Position numbers and translations under genes: made by a program. DNA of 64,000 bases from a virus: IMG/VR virus record IMGVR_UViG_3300045391_002864, positions 30,059 to 94,058 of that record; one strand, given 5' to 3'. The notes under the pieces were generated by a model. It was given only the letters and a program-made list of their open reading frames with translations, searched no databases and had not been told where the DNA came from. Positions 9,327 through 17,845 of this stretch are shown piece by piece (the first letter of the stretch is position 1; every line of letters starts with the position of its first letter).

Positions 9327-10072
9327 AGCTTCTTCTCGATATCGCTGAATACATCTTCGGCGACGAACGTGAAGGAGTCACCAACCGGCGTACTCTGGGC
9401 ACGGGAGTCTTTCATGCGGAAGGGGCCGTTGCTGAGGAGCAGCGACACATCGGCGTTCAGGTACATCTCCCTGGCGCACGGATGCAATGGCTTCAACTCA
9501 TGAATGGGATATATGATCTCGCGGAGTGGCCGGCGCGATGCGAGCGCGACCTGGGCCATGGAGCGGTTGATCTGTTCATCGGCGATCGCCCATAGCTGCG
9601 GGTCGCCCTCGCGCAGCACCTCCAGCAGCAGTGCCTTCTCGCGCAGGTACGTGCGGGCGAACTCAGGGTCGTGCGCGACGATCGACCGCGTGTTGTCGAT
9701 CAGGTCGGCGAGTTTGATGGTCTTCGCTGCCGCGCATGCTAGGGCAGTGTGCGCGCGGTCGATCGCTTTGCGCTCCGCACGGTTGCCGTCTTCCAGCTTC
9801 GACACATCCGTCAGCTGGCGCACGAGCGCGGCCACGTGCCATCCGAACTCGGCCTTGATTGCGTATTCGTCGACTTCCGTGTCCTCGACGACGTCGTGCA
9901 GCCACGCGGCGGCAAGCATTTCCTGCGTGTGATCGACTGAAGCGACGATCCTCGCGACCGCTTCGGGATGCACGATGTAGGGATCGTTCGTGTATTTTCG
10001 GGTCTGGCCGATCGCGGCGTGTGCTACTGTCGCGAACAGGCGGGCTTTTTCAACGAGGTCTATCATGGTCAT
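9323..10072 (-). CDS. HD-domain protein, RelA/SpoT hydrolase-like (small alarmone hydrolase type)
   Basis: AH..Q.RK....PYIVHP..VA, AAWLHDVVEDT, IKLADLIDN. Confidence 0.87.
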   Translation of the reverse strand: MTMIDLVEKARLFATVAHAAIGQTRKYTNDPYIVHPEAVARIVASVDHTQEMLAAAWLHDVVEDTEVDEYAIKAEFGWHVAALVRQLTDVSKLEDGNRAERKAIDRAHTALACAAAKTIKLADLIDNTRSIVAHDPEFARTYLREKALLLEVLREGDPQLWAIADEQINRSMAQVALASRRPLREIIYPIHELKPLHPCAREMYLNADVSLLLSNGPFRMKDSRAQSTPVGDSFTFVAEDVFSDIEKKL

Positions 10073-10339
10073 TGACGCTAAGGCGCGCCGTGGCGGCCGT
10101 CAACGCGCCTCATGGCTTGTAAAGACGTTTTCGTTTTAGAATCAAAAATTTTTTGGAAGGGGCAGGGCGATACGAGACGCAAAATGCGGAGTAGTAAGGA
10201 GTTGTAAAGGGAAATAGCATTTTGGCTAAAAACCTCGCGTGGGTAAGCCGTTATAGCGGAGGGTCATTGAGCCGCCGCCCTCACCTGCGCCGGGGTCAAA
10301 GATGCAGAATAAACCTACAACAAAGCAAAAATACGATAG

Positions 10340-10426
10340 TACGCGCTTCACGTATACGTAAAGCGCGTATTTTCGTCTGATTTGCTATCTGTGGTGCTTG
10401 ACGTACATACGTCAAGTGCGTATAAG
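10340..10426 (+). promoter_or_regulatory. Early promoter TTGACG-N17-TATAAG with three TACG-N7-CGTA sites
   Basis: Sites at 10340, 10355 and 10408 read directly. Confidence 0.7.
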
Positions 10427-10459
10427 AATGACAGTGCAAACGAACATAGGTTTAGGCAG

Positions 10460-10843
10460 ATGGCTAAGGCGATAAAATACGACGCGGTTGCGACTCTTCA
10501 GAAGCTTGGAATCACGTATGACGACGCGGTAGCATTGCGCCGCGTGTCTATGACGCTGCATCGCTGGCATGAACATGAGTGCAACGGCGCGATTCAGCGC
10601 GACGAGGAGTCGGGCGTTGCTTTCTGGTATTCAACGAATAGCGGCAAGAAACTGAGCAAGGCACCTGACCGCGAGAAAGGCGCATTGAAGCGCTTGGCGG
10701 AGATTATCGCGCGCTATCCAGGGCTTTCCTCTTACGTCCAGGGCGACCCGCGCGGCGCTGCTCTGTACGTTTTGCGCCCTGGCGACGTTCCGGACGGTTG
10801 CGACGCGGGCGCGTATTATTCACGCGGAATCGTCGTTTACTAA
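10460..10843 (+). CDS. Hypothetical early protein
   Basis: First ORF after promoter; YVQGDPRGAALY motif seen in phage early proteins. Confidence 0.7.
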   Translation: MAKAIKYDAVATLQKLGITYDDAVALRRVSMTLHRWHEHECNGAIQRDEESGVAFWYSTNSGKKLSKAPDREKGALKRLAEIIARYPGLSSYVQGDPRGAALYVLRPGDVPDGCDAGAYYSRGIVVY

Positions 10844-10868
10844 CTCACGAAATACAGCGGAAAGGTTA

Positions 10869-11111
10869 ATGATTATGGCTAAGAAACCGTACAACGGACA
10901 CGAGTCGCATGCGGCTTGGAATGTTTCCCTGTGGATCGGTAACGATGAGGGGCTTTATCGCATGGCGCGGGAACATATCCGGCGCGCCAGCAATCGCGAC
11001 GAGGCTGCACGCGCCATGTTCGACGATCTGGCCGGCATGGGAATCCATGCCACGCCAGACGGGACGAAATACAGCCAGCACACGATCCGCCTTGCCATGC
11101 GGGGCTTATAA
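10869..11111 (+). CDS. Hypothetical early protein
   Basis: YNG....AWNVSLWIGNDEGLY phage-type motif; RBS GAAAGG. Confidence 0.7.
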   Translation: MIMAKKPYNGHESHAAWNVSLWIGNDEGLYRMAREHIRRASNRDEAARAMFDDLAGMGIHATPDGTKYSQHTIRLAMRGL

Positions 11112-11356
11112 TGTCGGCGGACTGGTTCAAATTACGCCTTGTTGCATGGCGCGCCCGCATGGGATTCACGCAGAAAGCTGGCGCGCAAGCGCTGAAAGTG
11201 TCATTGCGTACGTTGCAAGGCTGGGAAGCGGCCGGACGCGTCCCACATCAATCAAATCTGGTACTTCTAGAAATGGACCGGATAGAGAATCCTGTAAAAG
11301 AGCCGGACATGTCGCCGCCAAGAAGGCGCAACAAAGGCCCCTTTGGGCCTCTCTAG
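11111..11356 (+). CDS. XRE-like helix-turn-helix protein
   Basis: WRARMGFTQKAGAQALKVSLRTLQGWE. Confidence 0.8.
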   Translation: MSADWFKLRLVAWRARMGFTQKAGAQALKVSLRTLQGWEAAGRVPHQSNLVLLEMDRIENPVKEPDMSPPRRRNKGPFGPL

Positions 11357-11361
11357 ACGAT

Positions 11362-11396
11362 AGAAGGGCGGCCCCGATATGTGGCCGCCCTTTTTG
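11362..11396. terminator. Intrinsic terminator between convergent genes
   Basis: aagggcggcc / ggccgccctt stem plus T run. Confidence 0.75.
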
Positions 11397-11437
11397 TATG
11401 TCCGCCCTGTAGCGGCTTCTGAAGGGATTAGGCGCCC

Positions 11438-12109
11438 TTACGGGCGCGCTAGTACCTTTCTCACCGCTTCATGTGACAGTTTATGCCCTTGCGCGCTGAT
11501 ATGCGCCGCAATGTCGCGCAATGATGAACCAGCCGCGCGCATTGCCTTCATTTGGATGATTGCGGATTGTTGCTCTGGAATCTCCTCTAGTCGCCTATTG
11601 TCTGCTACTTTCCAGCCATACGGCACGGCGCCCCCTAGATACATTCCGCGCTCTTTTTGGTCTGCCTTAACTGTCGCGATTCTTTCGCGGATTCTGTCGC
11701 GTTCTGCCTCTGCTACAGCTGACAGAATCGTAAAAACTAGCTTGCTAATCCCGTTCCCTGTCACGTCTCCGCCTAAATCGATCATGTGCAGCGCCACACC
11801 GCGCGCTTGCAGATGCCCGAGCACGTCTAGGGCGTTCAAAGCACTGCGAAACATGCGGTCTAGTTTGGCAGTAATGACGATATCACCGGGCTTTAGAACT
11901 GACAGCAGCGCCGCGCCCTCTGGCCTATCGGCGAGCGGCTTAGACCCGCTAATGCCACGCTCCACGAAGATACGGCTAATGAGTAGGCCATTCATCATTG
12001 CGTAGCCTTTGATAGCGCGCTGCTGTACCTCTAGACTTTCGCCCTCGTCCGCCTGTCGCGGTGTCGACACGCGTGCGTAGCCATAAACTGCCATCTTATC
12101 CTCTGTCAT
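11438..12109 (-). CDS. Serine recombinase (resolvase catalytic domain plus short C-terminal domain)
   Basis: YGYARVST..Q, SGS...DRP, KLDRMFR, AEAERDRIRER, GGAVPYGW. Confidence 0.92.
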   Translation of the reverse strand: MTEDKMAVYGYARVSTPRQADEGESLEVQQRAIKGYAMMNGLLISRIFVERGISGSKPLADRPEGAALLSVLKPGDIVITAKLDRMFRSALNALDVLGHLQARGVALHMIDLGGDVTGNGISKLVFTILSAVAEAERDRIRERIATVKADQKERGMYLGGAVPYGWKVADNRRLEEIPEQQSAIIQMKAMRAAGSSLRDIAAHISAQGHKLSHEAVRKVLARP

Positions 12110-12455
12110 GTTGTCACTGTGCTTAACGGGTTAGACAGTGGCATTGTCGCTGTCAATGTTCACATGCACTGTGACAAAAACAAGCCAAAAATAAAGGTAG
12201 AATCAGCAGAAACGGGGATTGACTCGTGCCGCTGTATGTGACTCGCGTTCGATTCGGCAGAACATTTCGGTATCGTAAACGTACGGATTCGGCAATAACG
12301 AGGCTGTCAACGAGTGTTTGCATGTCGCAATAACCGCGCGATGTGCGAATCATTTTTGAAAAGTTTTTCGAAAAAATTTCTGAAATTCCGCGCGCGGGTT
12401 AGCAGAATCAAGGGAATTCCGCGTTTTCAGGTCGACCGGCGCCCTTTCGGCAGGC

Positions 12456-12500
12456 TTTACAAGCTACGCAAAGCGCGTATAACAGTGACATAGACATTAA
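12456..12500 (+). promoter_or_regulatory. Early promoter TTTACA-N16-TATAAC with TACG-N7-CGTA site in spacer
   Basis: Read directly. Confidence 0.6.
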
Positions 12501-12524
12501 TGCTAACGACGAAGGGCTAGACCG

Positions 12525-12932
12525 ATGACAAAGCCTCTTACCATGCTCAAATCTGTCGACGACAAGGCAGACTGCCCGGCCAAGCGCGGGGACTTGTATC
12601 TTCTGGCGTGCGGCACGCGCAAAAACACGAAATTGAAATTTTGCCTTGTGTCGTCCGTTGCGCGTGACGGATATGCCCGTGAATTGCGTACGCCTAATAC
12701 CGCGAACACATGCGAGACGATCAAGCGCGAACCTAGCGAGGTTTTCGCGGGATATATCATCTCGCAAGACCGCTTTCCGGCCGGCACGGGTGCCGAGCAA
12801 ATTTTGCGCGCTTTGCCGCGTGAGTTCGAGCAGCACGAATGGCTGAAGGAATACGACTCGGCGGAGCAGGCAAAGCGTGACCTTGTAGCTGTCATTGAAG
12901 CGCAAGCGGTGCCGACCGCGAGGGCCGCATAA
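12525..12932 (+). CDS. Hypothetical protein
   Basis: ORF after promoter. Confidence 0.65.
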   Translation: MTKPLTMLKSVDDKADCPAKRGDLYLLACGTRKNTKLKFCLVSSVARDGYARELRTPNTANTCETIKREPSEVFAGYIISQDRFPAGTGAEQILRALPREFEQHEWLKEYDSAEQAKRDLVAVIEAQAVPTARAA

Positions 12933-13120
12933 TGGTCGACACTTTCGCATTCAGTGTTCGCGGTTGCCTCGGAGTCATGGAATCCTACGAGTTCAGCGAC
13001 GGCGACATGATTAAGGTCATGAAGGGCTTGAAAGCGGCCGATAAAATCCGCTCCGATGGCTACGTGATTCAGACGGACCTAGACGCAGCCATCCGCGCGC
13101 ACCGCGAGGAAGGAAAATAG
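12932..13120 (+). CDS. Hypothetical protein
   Basis: TAATG coupling. Confidence 0.6.
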   Translation: MVDTFAFSVRGCLGVMESYEFSDGDMIKVMKGLKAADKIRSDGYVIQTDLDAAIRAHREEGK

Positions 13121-13129
13121 GAGTCGATC

Positions 13130-13363
13130 ATGGCGGATTTTTCTTACACGACGGATGGACTCTTTGTGCGGTTGCTGCCGAATGACAATGGGCAGGCCGC
13201 CGACGCGTGGCGCAAGGTTGCGGAACATTTCCCCAGCTGCGTCATTCCGGTTAGCGCATGGGACGGGACGAGGCGCCAGCTGAAGGCCGCCGGCTTTACC
13301 GTCCAGAAGCACCGACCGGAACGCGTCGACGATGACGATCTACTAGCAGCACTCACCGCCTAG
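13130..13363 (+). CDS. Hypothetical protein
   Basis: GGAG RBS. Confidence 0.7.
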   Translation: MADFSYTTDGLFVRLLPNDNGQAADAWRKVAEHFPSCVIPVSAWDGTRRQLKAAGFTVQKHRPERVDDDDLLAALTA

Positions 13364-13434
13364 CCGTTACCAGATGATACAGCGTCGCGCGCGGCGCTGC
13401 GTCACCTAGCAACGAATCAATGGACAATAGAACC

Positions 13435-13593
13435 ATGACCATCTCGCTTACGAATTGCCTGTTTTACGGCGCCGCCGCGTTTGCCACGCTGTCGGTCGTC
13501 ACCGGCCTTGCGGTGCATGCCGCACTCTTCGCCCTCGTCGCTGCCACCTACGGCATGCTTGTCGACAGCTATCATAAGGGAGAATTGCGCTAG
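13435..13593 (+). CDS. Small membrane protein
   Basis: Manually read hydrophobic 52 aa ORF. Confidence 0.5.
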   Translation: MTISLTNCLFYGAAAFATLSVVTGLAVHAALFALVAATYGMLVDSYHKGELR

Positions 13594-13639
13594 CTCCTAC
13601 GGCGCTAGGCGTAGCTCTAAAATTCTTCTCTTCGGCACG

Positions 13640-13682
13640 TTGACTCTATACGTGCTTTGCGTAGAACAGTGACATTGTCACT
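13640..13682 (+). promoter_or_regulatory. Promoter TTGACT-N16-TAGAAC with TACG-N7-CGTA site and perfect AGTGACATTGTCACT palindrome
   Basis: Read directly. Confidence 0.65.
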
Positions 13683-13705
13683 AGAGTAAGTTGAAAAGGT
13701 TGCAC

Positions 13706-13891
13706 ATGACCATCCAAGAATACGGCGCCTACCGGCGCGGACAGACGGCTTTCAAGCGGGGCAAGGCCGCTCCAGACTGCAACACGCGCGACGCGCTGCA
13801 ATGGGCGTTTTATCTCGGCTATCAGGCTGAAAAGCTGAAGGCACGTGATGCCGAGCAGCGCGCCGCTAGCACTACCGCCGCTAGCGCTTAA
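13706..13891 (+). CDS. Hypothetical protein (weak Rmf-like pattern)
   Basis: AYRRG..A...G......W..YLGY. Confidence 0.55.
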   Translation: MTIQEYGAYRRGQTAFKRGKAAPDCNTRDALQWAFYLGYQAEKLKARDAEQRAASTTAASA

Positions 13892-13916
13892 CTCTCTTTT
13901 GAAAAGGTTGCCTATT

Positions 13917-14543
13917 ATGTTCACCGCTAAAATGTTCTCCGCCAATGTCTATGACCGCCAGCGCGCCGAGTTTGCCGTGACGCTGGACAATGGCGCCGAA
14001 TTGCGCGCCGTCGCGACTATCTTCCATGACGACGACAGCGAGGCGCCCTGGGAACGGTGCGACGGCCACGGACCAGTGTCCGACTGGACGACGCGCGACA
14101 AGCGTCCGGGGGAGCTTGTGCTAAGCCGCGACGGGCACAGCAAGCGCTTCTATGACTATGCGGAGGCGTGCCGCATTGCGCGCGCTGAAGGCTGGGGGCA
14201 CGGGCCGGATATCGAAGGCGAGAGCGCCCGCCAGAAGGCCGCGCGCGCCGCGCTGGCGGACTATGAGAATTTGCGCGCGTGGTGCAATGACCAGTGGAGC
14301 TATGTCGGCGTCGCGGTTCGTATCTGGCTCGACGATATGCCGCTGACAGGTGAATACGACGCGGCTTTGTGGGGAATCGAGTCAAACTCCGGAGAGGACT
14401 ATATCGCCCAGGTTGCGGGCGAGCGGCTGCACGGGGCTATTTTCCTCGCGAAAGCCAAACTCAGAAAGCTCGCAGCGCTCGCTAACGAACAGACGCTCGA
14501 AGCGCTGGACTCGCTCGCAGCTGAAGAGAAAGTGACCGCGTGA
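13917..14543 (+). CDS. Hypothetical phage protein
   Basis: RBS GAAAAGG; W.YVGV and ALWGIES motifs. Confidence 0.75.
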   Translation: MFTAKMFSANVYDRQRAEFAVTLDNGAELRAVATIFHDDDSEAPWERCDGHGPVSDWTTRDKRPGELVLSRDGHSKRFYDYAEACRIARAEGWGHGPDIEGESARQKAARAALADYENLRAWCNDQWSYVGVAVRIWLDDMPLTGEYDAALWGIESNSGEDYIAQVAGERLHGAIFLAKAKLRKLAALANEQTLEALDSLAAEEKVTA

Positions 14544-14676
14544 CCGATCGTTAAGGGCAATGCCACTAAGATTGCTTTACTTTACATGGCGCGCCCGCTC
14601 GCCGGAGGCGAGACAGGCTAAGCCTGTCCGCAAGGGCGCCCCGTGCGAAGCAACGCAATTTACTGGAGCTAGATCG

Positions 14677-15000
14677 ATGCTGAAGTTTAACGTTTACTAC
14701 GAGATCGTCACGCCCGAGTCTGCCGAGCAAGGGGACGTCGACGAACGGGGCGAGATTGCGACCGGACTGTCGCTTCGTGAAGCGATTGCAGCGGTAAACG
14801 AGACGCGCACCAGCCTTGTCGGGGGCGTGGAGTGCATCGAAGCGAGCGACAGCCGGGTAGGGGACGCGCGCTGGTTCACCGTCACGAACGGGATGGAGTT
14901 CGAGACGGGCGCGGTTGAGTCCCGCTCGCTACACATTCCGGACCATGTCACGCCCGCATCGCGCCGCCGCATTGCCCGCCTGCTGGGAGTCCGCGTCTAG
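14677..15000 (+). CDS. Hypothetical phage protein
   Basis: GGAG RBS; YEIVTPESAEQGD motif. Confidence 0.75.
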   Translation: MLKFNVYYEIVTPESAEQGDVDERGEIATGLSLREAIAAVNETRTSLVGGVECIEASDSRVGDARWFTVTNGMEFETGAVESRSLHIPDHVTPASRRRIARLLGVRV

Positions 15001-15002
15001 CC

Positions 15003-15212
15003 ATGCCCGGACCTAACGCCACTGCTAAGACTTGGTTTTGTGACGGGTGCAACAAGACACACCCTATCAGCCGGGACATTGAAGGAGCCTGGGAAGCGCG
15101 CTGCTGGTGCGCCGCATCGATCGTGAGAGGGATTAGGGCGGGCGCAAATTTTCTTCCTCCTCAAGCCGAGCACTTTCGCCGCCACCTCCCCGATTATGCC
15201 CACATTAAATAG
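15003..15212 (+). CDS. Small Cys-containing hypothetical protein
   Basis: CDGC..H, CWC. Confidence 0.55.
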   Translation: MPGPNATAKTWFCDGCNKTHPISRDIEGAWEARCWCAASIVRGIRAGANFLPPQAEHFRRHLPDYAHIK

Positions 15213-15303
15213 CCTTGACCGGGACAGGCGGGTCCTGTCTCTAGCCGAGGTTGACCGGGCTACGCGATACACGCACTAGATTGTATTCAAAATTTACAGA
15301 AAG

Positions 15304-15714
15304 ATGACAACTATGGAAAACAAAACGCTCGCTGACTTTATCGCCGCGCACCGTATCCGGATGACTGCCGAACGGACGGACTCGAATCCAAACATGGAAA
15401 GCGAGCAACCGATGAACCATTGGCGTGTTACGTTCCGCATGGGGCGCAAGCGCATGACGACTTACTTCAGCATGGGTCTTGGTCGCGAGGGGCGTGAGCC
15501 GCGCGCCGACGAGGTTCTGGACTCTCTCGCTAGCGACGCTGCTGGAGTTCAGAACGCGGCCGACTTCACGGATTGGTGTGCGGAGTATGGATTCGACACG
15601 GACAGCCGCAAGGCGGAGACTGTATTCAAAGCCTGCTGTGCCGGCGCCCGGAGGTTGCGCGCCTTTATAGGGGAAGATTACGAAAAGCTACTGTTCGAAA
15701 CTGACCGGCTCTAG
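15304..15714 (+). CDS. Hypothetical phage protein
   Basis: VLDSLASDA....F..WC.EYG.D.DSRKA motif. Confidence 0.75.
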   Translation: MTTMENKTLADFIAAHRIRMTAERTDSNPNMESEQPMNHWRVTFRMGRKRMTTYFSMGLGREGREPRADEVLDSLASDAAGVQNAADFTDWCAEYGFDTDSRKAETVFKACCAGARRLRAFIGEDYEKLLFETDRL

Positions 15715-15743
15715 CTATCGCCTCTCATCCGAGTCCACTGAAC

Positions 15744-15767
15744 AAAAAGGGCTTTGTGCCCTTTTTT
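15744..15767 (+). terminator. Intrinsic terminator
   Basis: aaaaagggc-tttgt-gcccttttt. Confidence 0.75.
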
Positions 15768-16032
15768 CGTTCCCGCCCTCTGGAGCACAGTTAGAGGGCC
15801 TATCAGGCTGGAGTCTCACTGGCTGGAGCCCGCCATAAAGCAGCGCTGCCCTGTGGTTAGAAGCGCTGTCGTGCCGCCCCTATTTACCAATAGGTTACTA
15901 AAGATTTTATTATCGCTATTGTCGCAGGCGGGTTTACAATCTCTGTTGAATTATATAGACATTGTCGCTATCACGTACCGCGTGGTTACTTTGAACTAAT
16001 GTCAACTAATTTGAGAAAGGTCGATCTTAAAT

Positions 16033-16461
16033 ATGCCCCGCACTTCTTCCGCTATACCTGCTAAGCGCACCGCGCAGCCTTCGAAGTCGGCTCCGGCGTT
16101 GCGCTCGCTCCAAGAGTTCGAGAAGTCGCCACGCGCTGTAAAGACGACTGACACTGACGAGGGCGAGACGACAATCCTAGTCCGCCTGTACGCTTCTGCC
16201 CCGGACGAAGCGCCGCGCCCCTTGATCGTCTTCCCCTTCGCGCCCTGGGGCGACTCTCCCGCCGAGTGCATGGCATACTATGACGGCGCCTTTATCGGCA
16301 TTGACCCTGCCATGATCCGCATCACGACGGCGGGCAATCCGCTGGCGGAGGACGTCGCTAAGGTTCTAAACAAGCTGCAGCGCGCGCCCCATAACTATAA
16401 ATTCGAAGTGGGCGTCCGCATGCCGCGCTCGGCCTACGCGCGCCGTAAGGCCGCCTTCTGA
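16033..16461 (+). CDS. Hypothetical protein
   Basis: ORF after operator-bearing promoter region. Confidence 0.65.
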   Translation: MPRTSSAIPAKRTAQPSKSAPALRSLQEFEKSPRAVKTTDTDEGETTILVRLYASAPDEAPRPLIVFPFAPWGDSPAECMAYYDGAFIGIDPAMIRITTAGNPLAEDVAKVLNKLQRAPHNYKFEVGVRMPRSAYARRKAAF

Positions 16462-16528
16462 GCCCCTTGCGCGCGATAAAGCGCGCGGCTGGGACTTGGC
16501 TCTTAGGCCAGTCGCACAATCGCGCAAG

Positions 16529-16551
16529 AGGGGGCTCCGGCCCCCTTTTTT
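16529..16551 (+). terminator. Intrinsic terminator
   Basis: agggggc-tccg-gccccct plus T run. Confidence 0.75.
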
Positions 16552-16693
16552 GTTGTCTTTTTTCTGTCTCGGCTATTGCCATTAATTCAGCGATAGGTAT
16601 TAATGGCAATGTCGTTGGCCCTTTGGGGTCAGACGCCGCGCCTCGGGGCTTGTCGGGGCTTGAGCCTTCTGTGGCTTACACAAGGGAAAAAAC

Positions 16694-17062
16694 ATGGTGA
16701 ACCATCCGAATAGACGCAACACGCGCGACCGCGTGAAGTCTGTCTTCGTGGCGCCTCACATTCTGAACCTCTGCTTCGTCAAAGCAGCGCGCGCCGACGA
16801 ACTGACGCGGGACGAGGTCGCTGGGCTCATGCGCTGGTGCGACTGCCAGCGCGAAGACCTTTGGGACGGCATGTCCCTTCAGGAGATTCTGAACGTCTAC
16901 CGGCGCTCGGCCGAGTTCGAGACATGGGAGTCCTGGGAGCAGGAGGAGCCGGGCGCCGCGCGCGACGCCTGGAACGAGGTTGTGAAGCTTGAGAATCAGC
17001 TGGTGCGCGCGTACACGCTCGCCGGGCAGGAGACGGCCGACCGCGCAGTGCAGGGGGGCTAA
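16694..17062 (+). CDS. Hypothetical protein
   Basis: RBS; MVNHPNR start typical of alphaproteobacterial phage proteins. Confidence 0.7.
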   Translation: MVNHPNRRNTRDRVKSVFVAPHILNLCFVKAARADELTRDEVAGLMRWCDCQREDLWDGMSLQEILNVYRRSAEFETWESWEQEEPGAARDAWNEVVKLENQLVRAYTLAGQETADRAVQGG

Positions 17063-17066
17063 GGAC

Positions 17067-17282
17067 ATGACCGAGCAGTTTCTTCTCAACTGGCTATCGA
17101 AAGAGGAAAGCTCCGCTTACGGCGAGTGCAGAGGTGCGGTTCTGGACGGCTTGATAGCCAAAGGGTTTGCCGAGGTCGCGGCGCCGCCGCCAGGGCGCGA
17201 CAAGGATTATGCGCGTGTACGGCTTACAGATGCCGGGCGCGCTGCGCTCGCTGACCGCGATGACGGCGCGGCGGCCGGCTGA
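17067..17282 (+). CDS. Hypothetical protein (possible winged helix)
   Basis: AAGGA RBS; L.AKG.AEV....VRLTDAGRAAL. Confidence 0.6.
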   Translation: MTEQFLLNWLSKEESSAYGECRGAVLDGLIAKGFAEVAAPPPGRDKDYARVRLTDAGRAALADRDDGAAAG

Positions 17283-17543
17283 CGCCTTGGGAACGAGTGT
17301 CACGGATGGAGATGCGTTTTAAGCGTGCTGGTCGATCATCCGTTGCTCGTGACCCGTTTTAAGCACTCTGAGTCATTCTTTCTCCCGTCTGTGTGAATCA
17401 TGCGGGAGCGGTGCGGACGGCGCAAGGCGCCCTAGCGCCGCCGCGCAGGGAGCAGCGCGTTCATAAGCCAGTTTGCGACTCATGTGTGGTCGCACGGGTA
17501 TGTATGTATTAAACGCTATTCTTGCTTCGTAAGAAGCATAGGG

Positions 17544-17782
17544 GGTTTTTGGTAATGACAAACGTCCTTTTTAACCTGCCAAAAACCGACTTTTACCCTG
17601 TAATTCGTGGTTTCTACCCTAAAAACGAGAAACCAAAAACCGCCTATATATGGTTGGTTTTTGGCGCGGTAGAAACCAAAAACCACCTATATGTAGGCCG
17701 TTTTTGGTTTCTACCGGAACAGTGGATGGATTACCACATTAGCGTCCCCAGGTAAGTTAACGGCATTGACCGTAACCAAAAA
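17544..17782. repeat. Direct and inverted repeat cluster (GGTAGAAACCAAAAAC units), origin candidate
   Basis: 17 bp perfect IR 17667-17683/17700-17716; 9 bp IR 17633-41/17656-64; 22 bp DR 17628/17671; AT-rich. Confidence 0.75.
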
Positions 17783-17845
17783 TATACTTACCAAGCGACT
17801 ATATACTGGCAATGACGCTAGAAGCTCGGCTTGAAAGAATCATGA

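Noticed and set aside
8269-9402. Long N-terminal extensions given by the ORF track for the nucleotidyltransferase, portal, peptidase and HNH genes
   Set aside because: They overlap other genuine genes; downstream starts with ATGA, TGATG, TTGA or GTGA coupling fit better
17544-17782. CRISPR array, protelomerase telomere site, or the 77 aa ORF 17522-17755
   Set aside because: Repeats are short, in mixed orientation and lack regular unique spacers; no protelomerase gene seen; the ORF looks like a translation of the repeats
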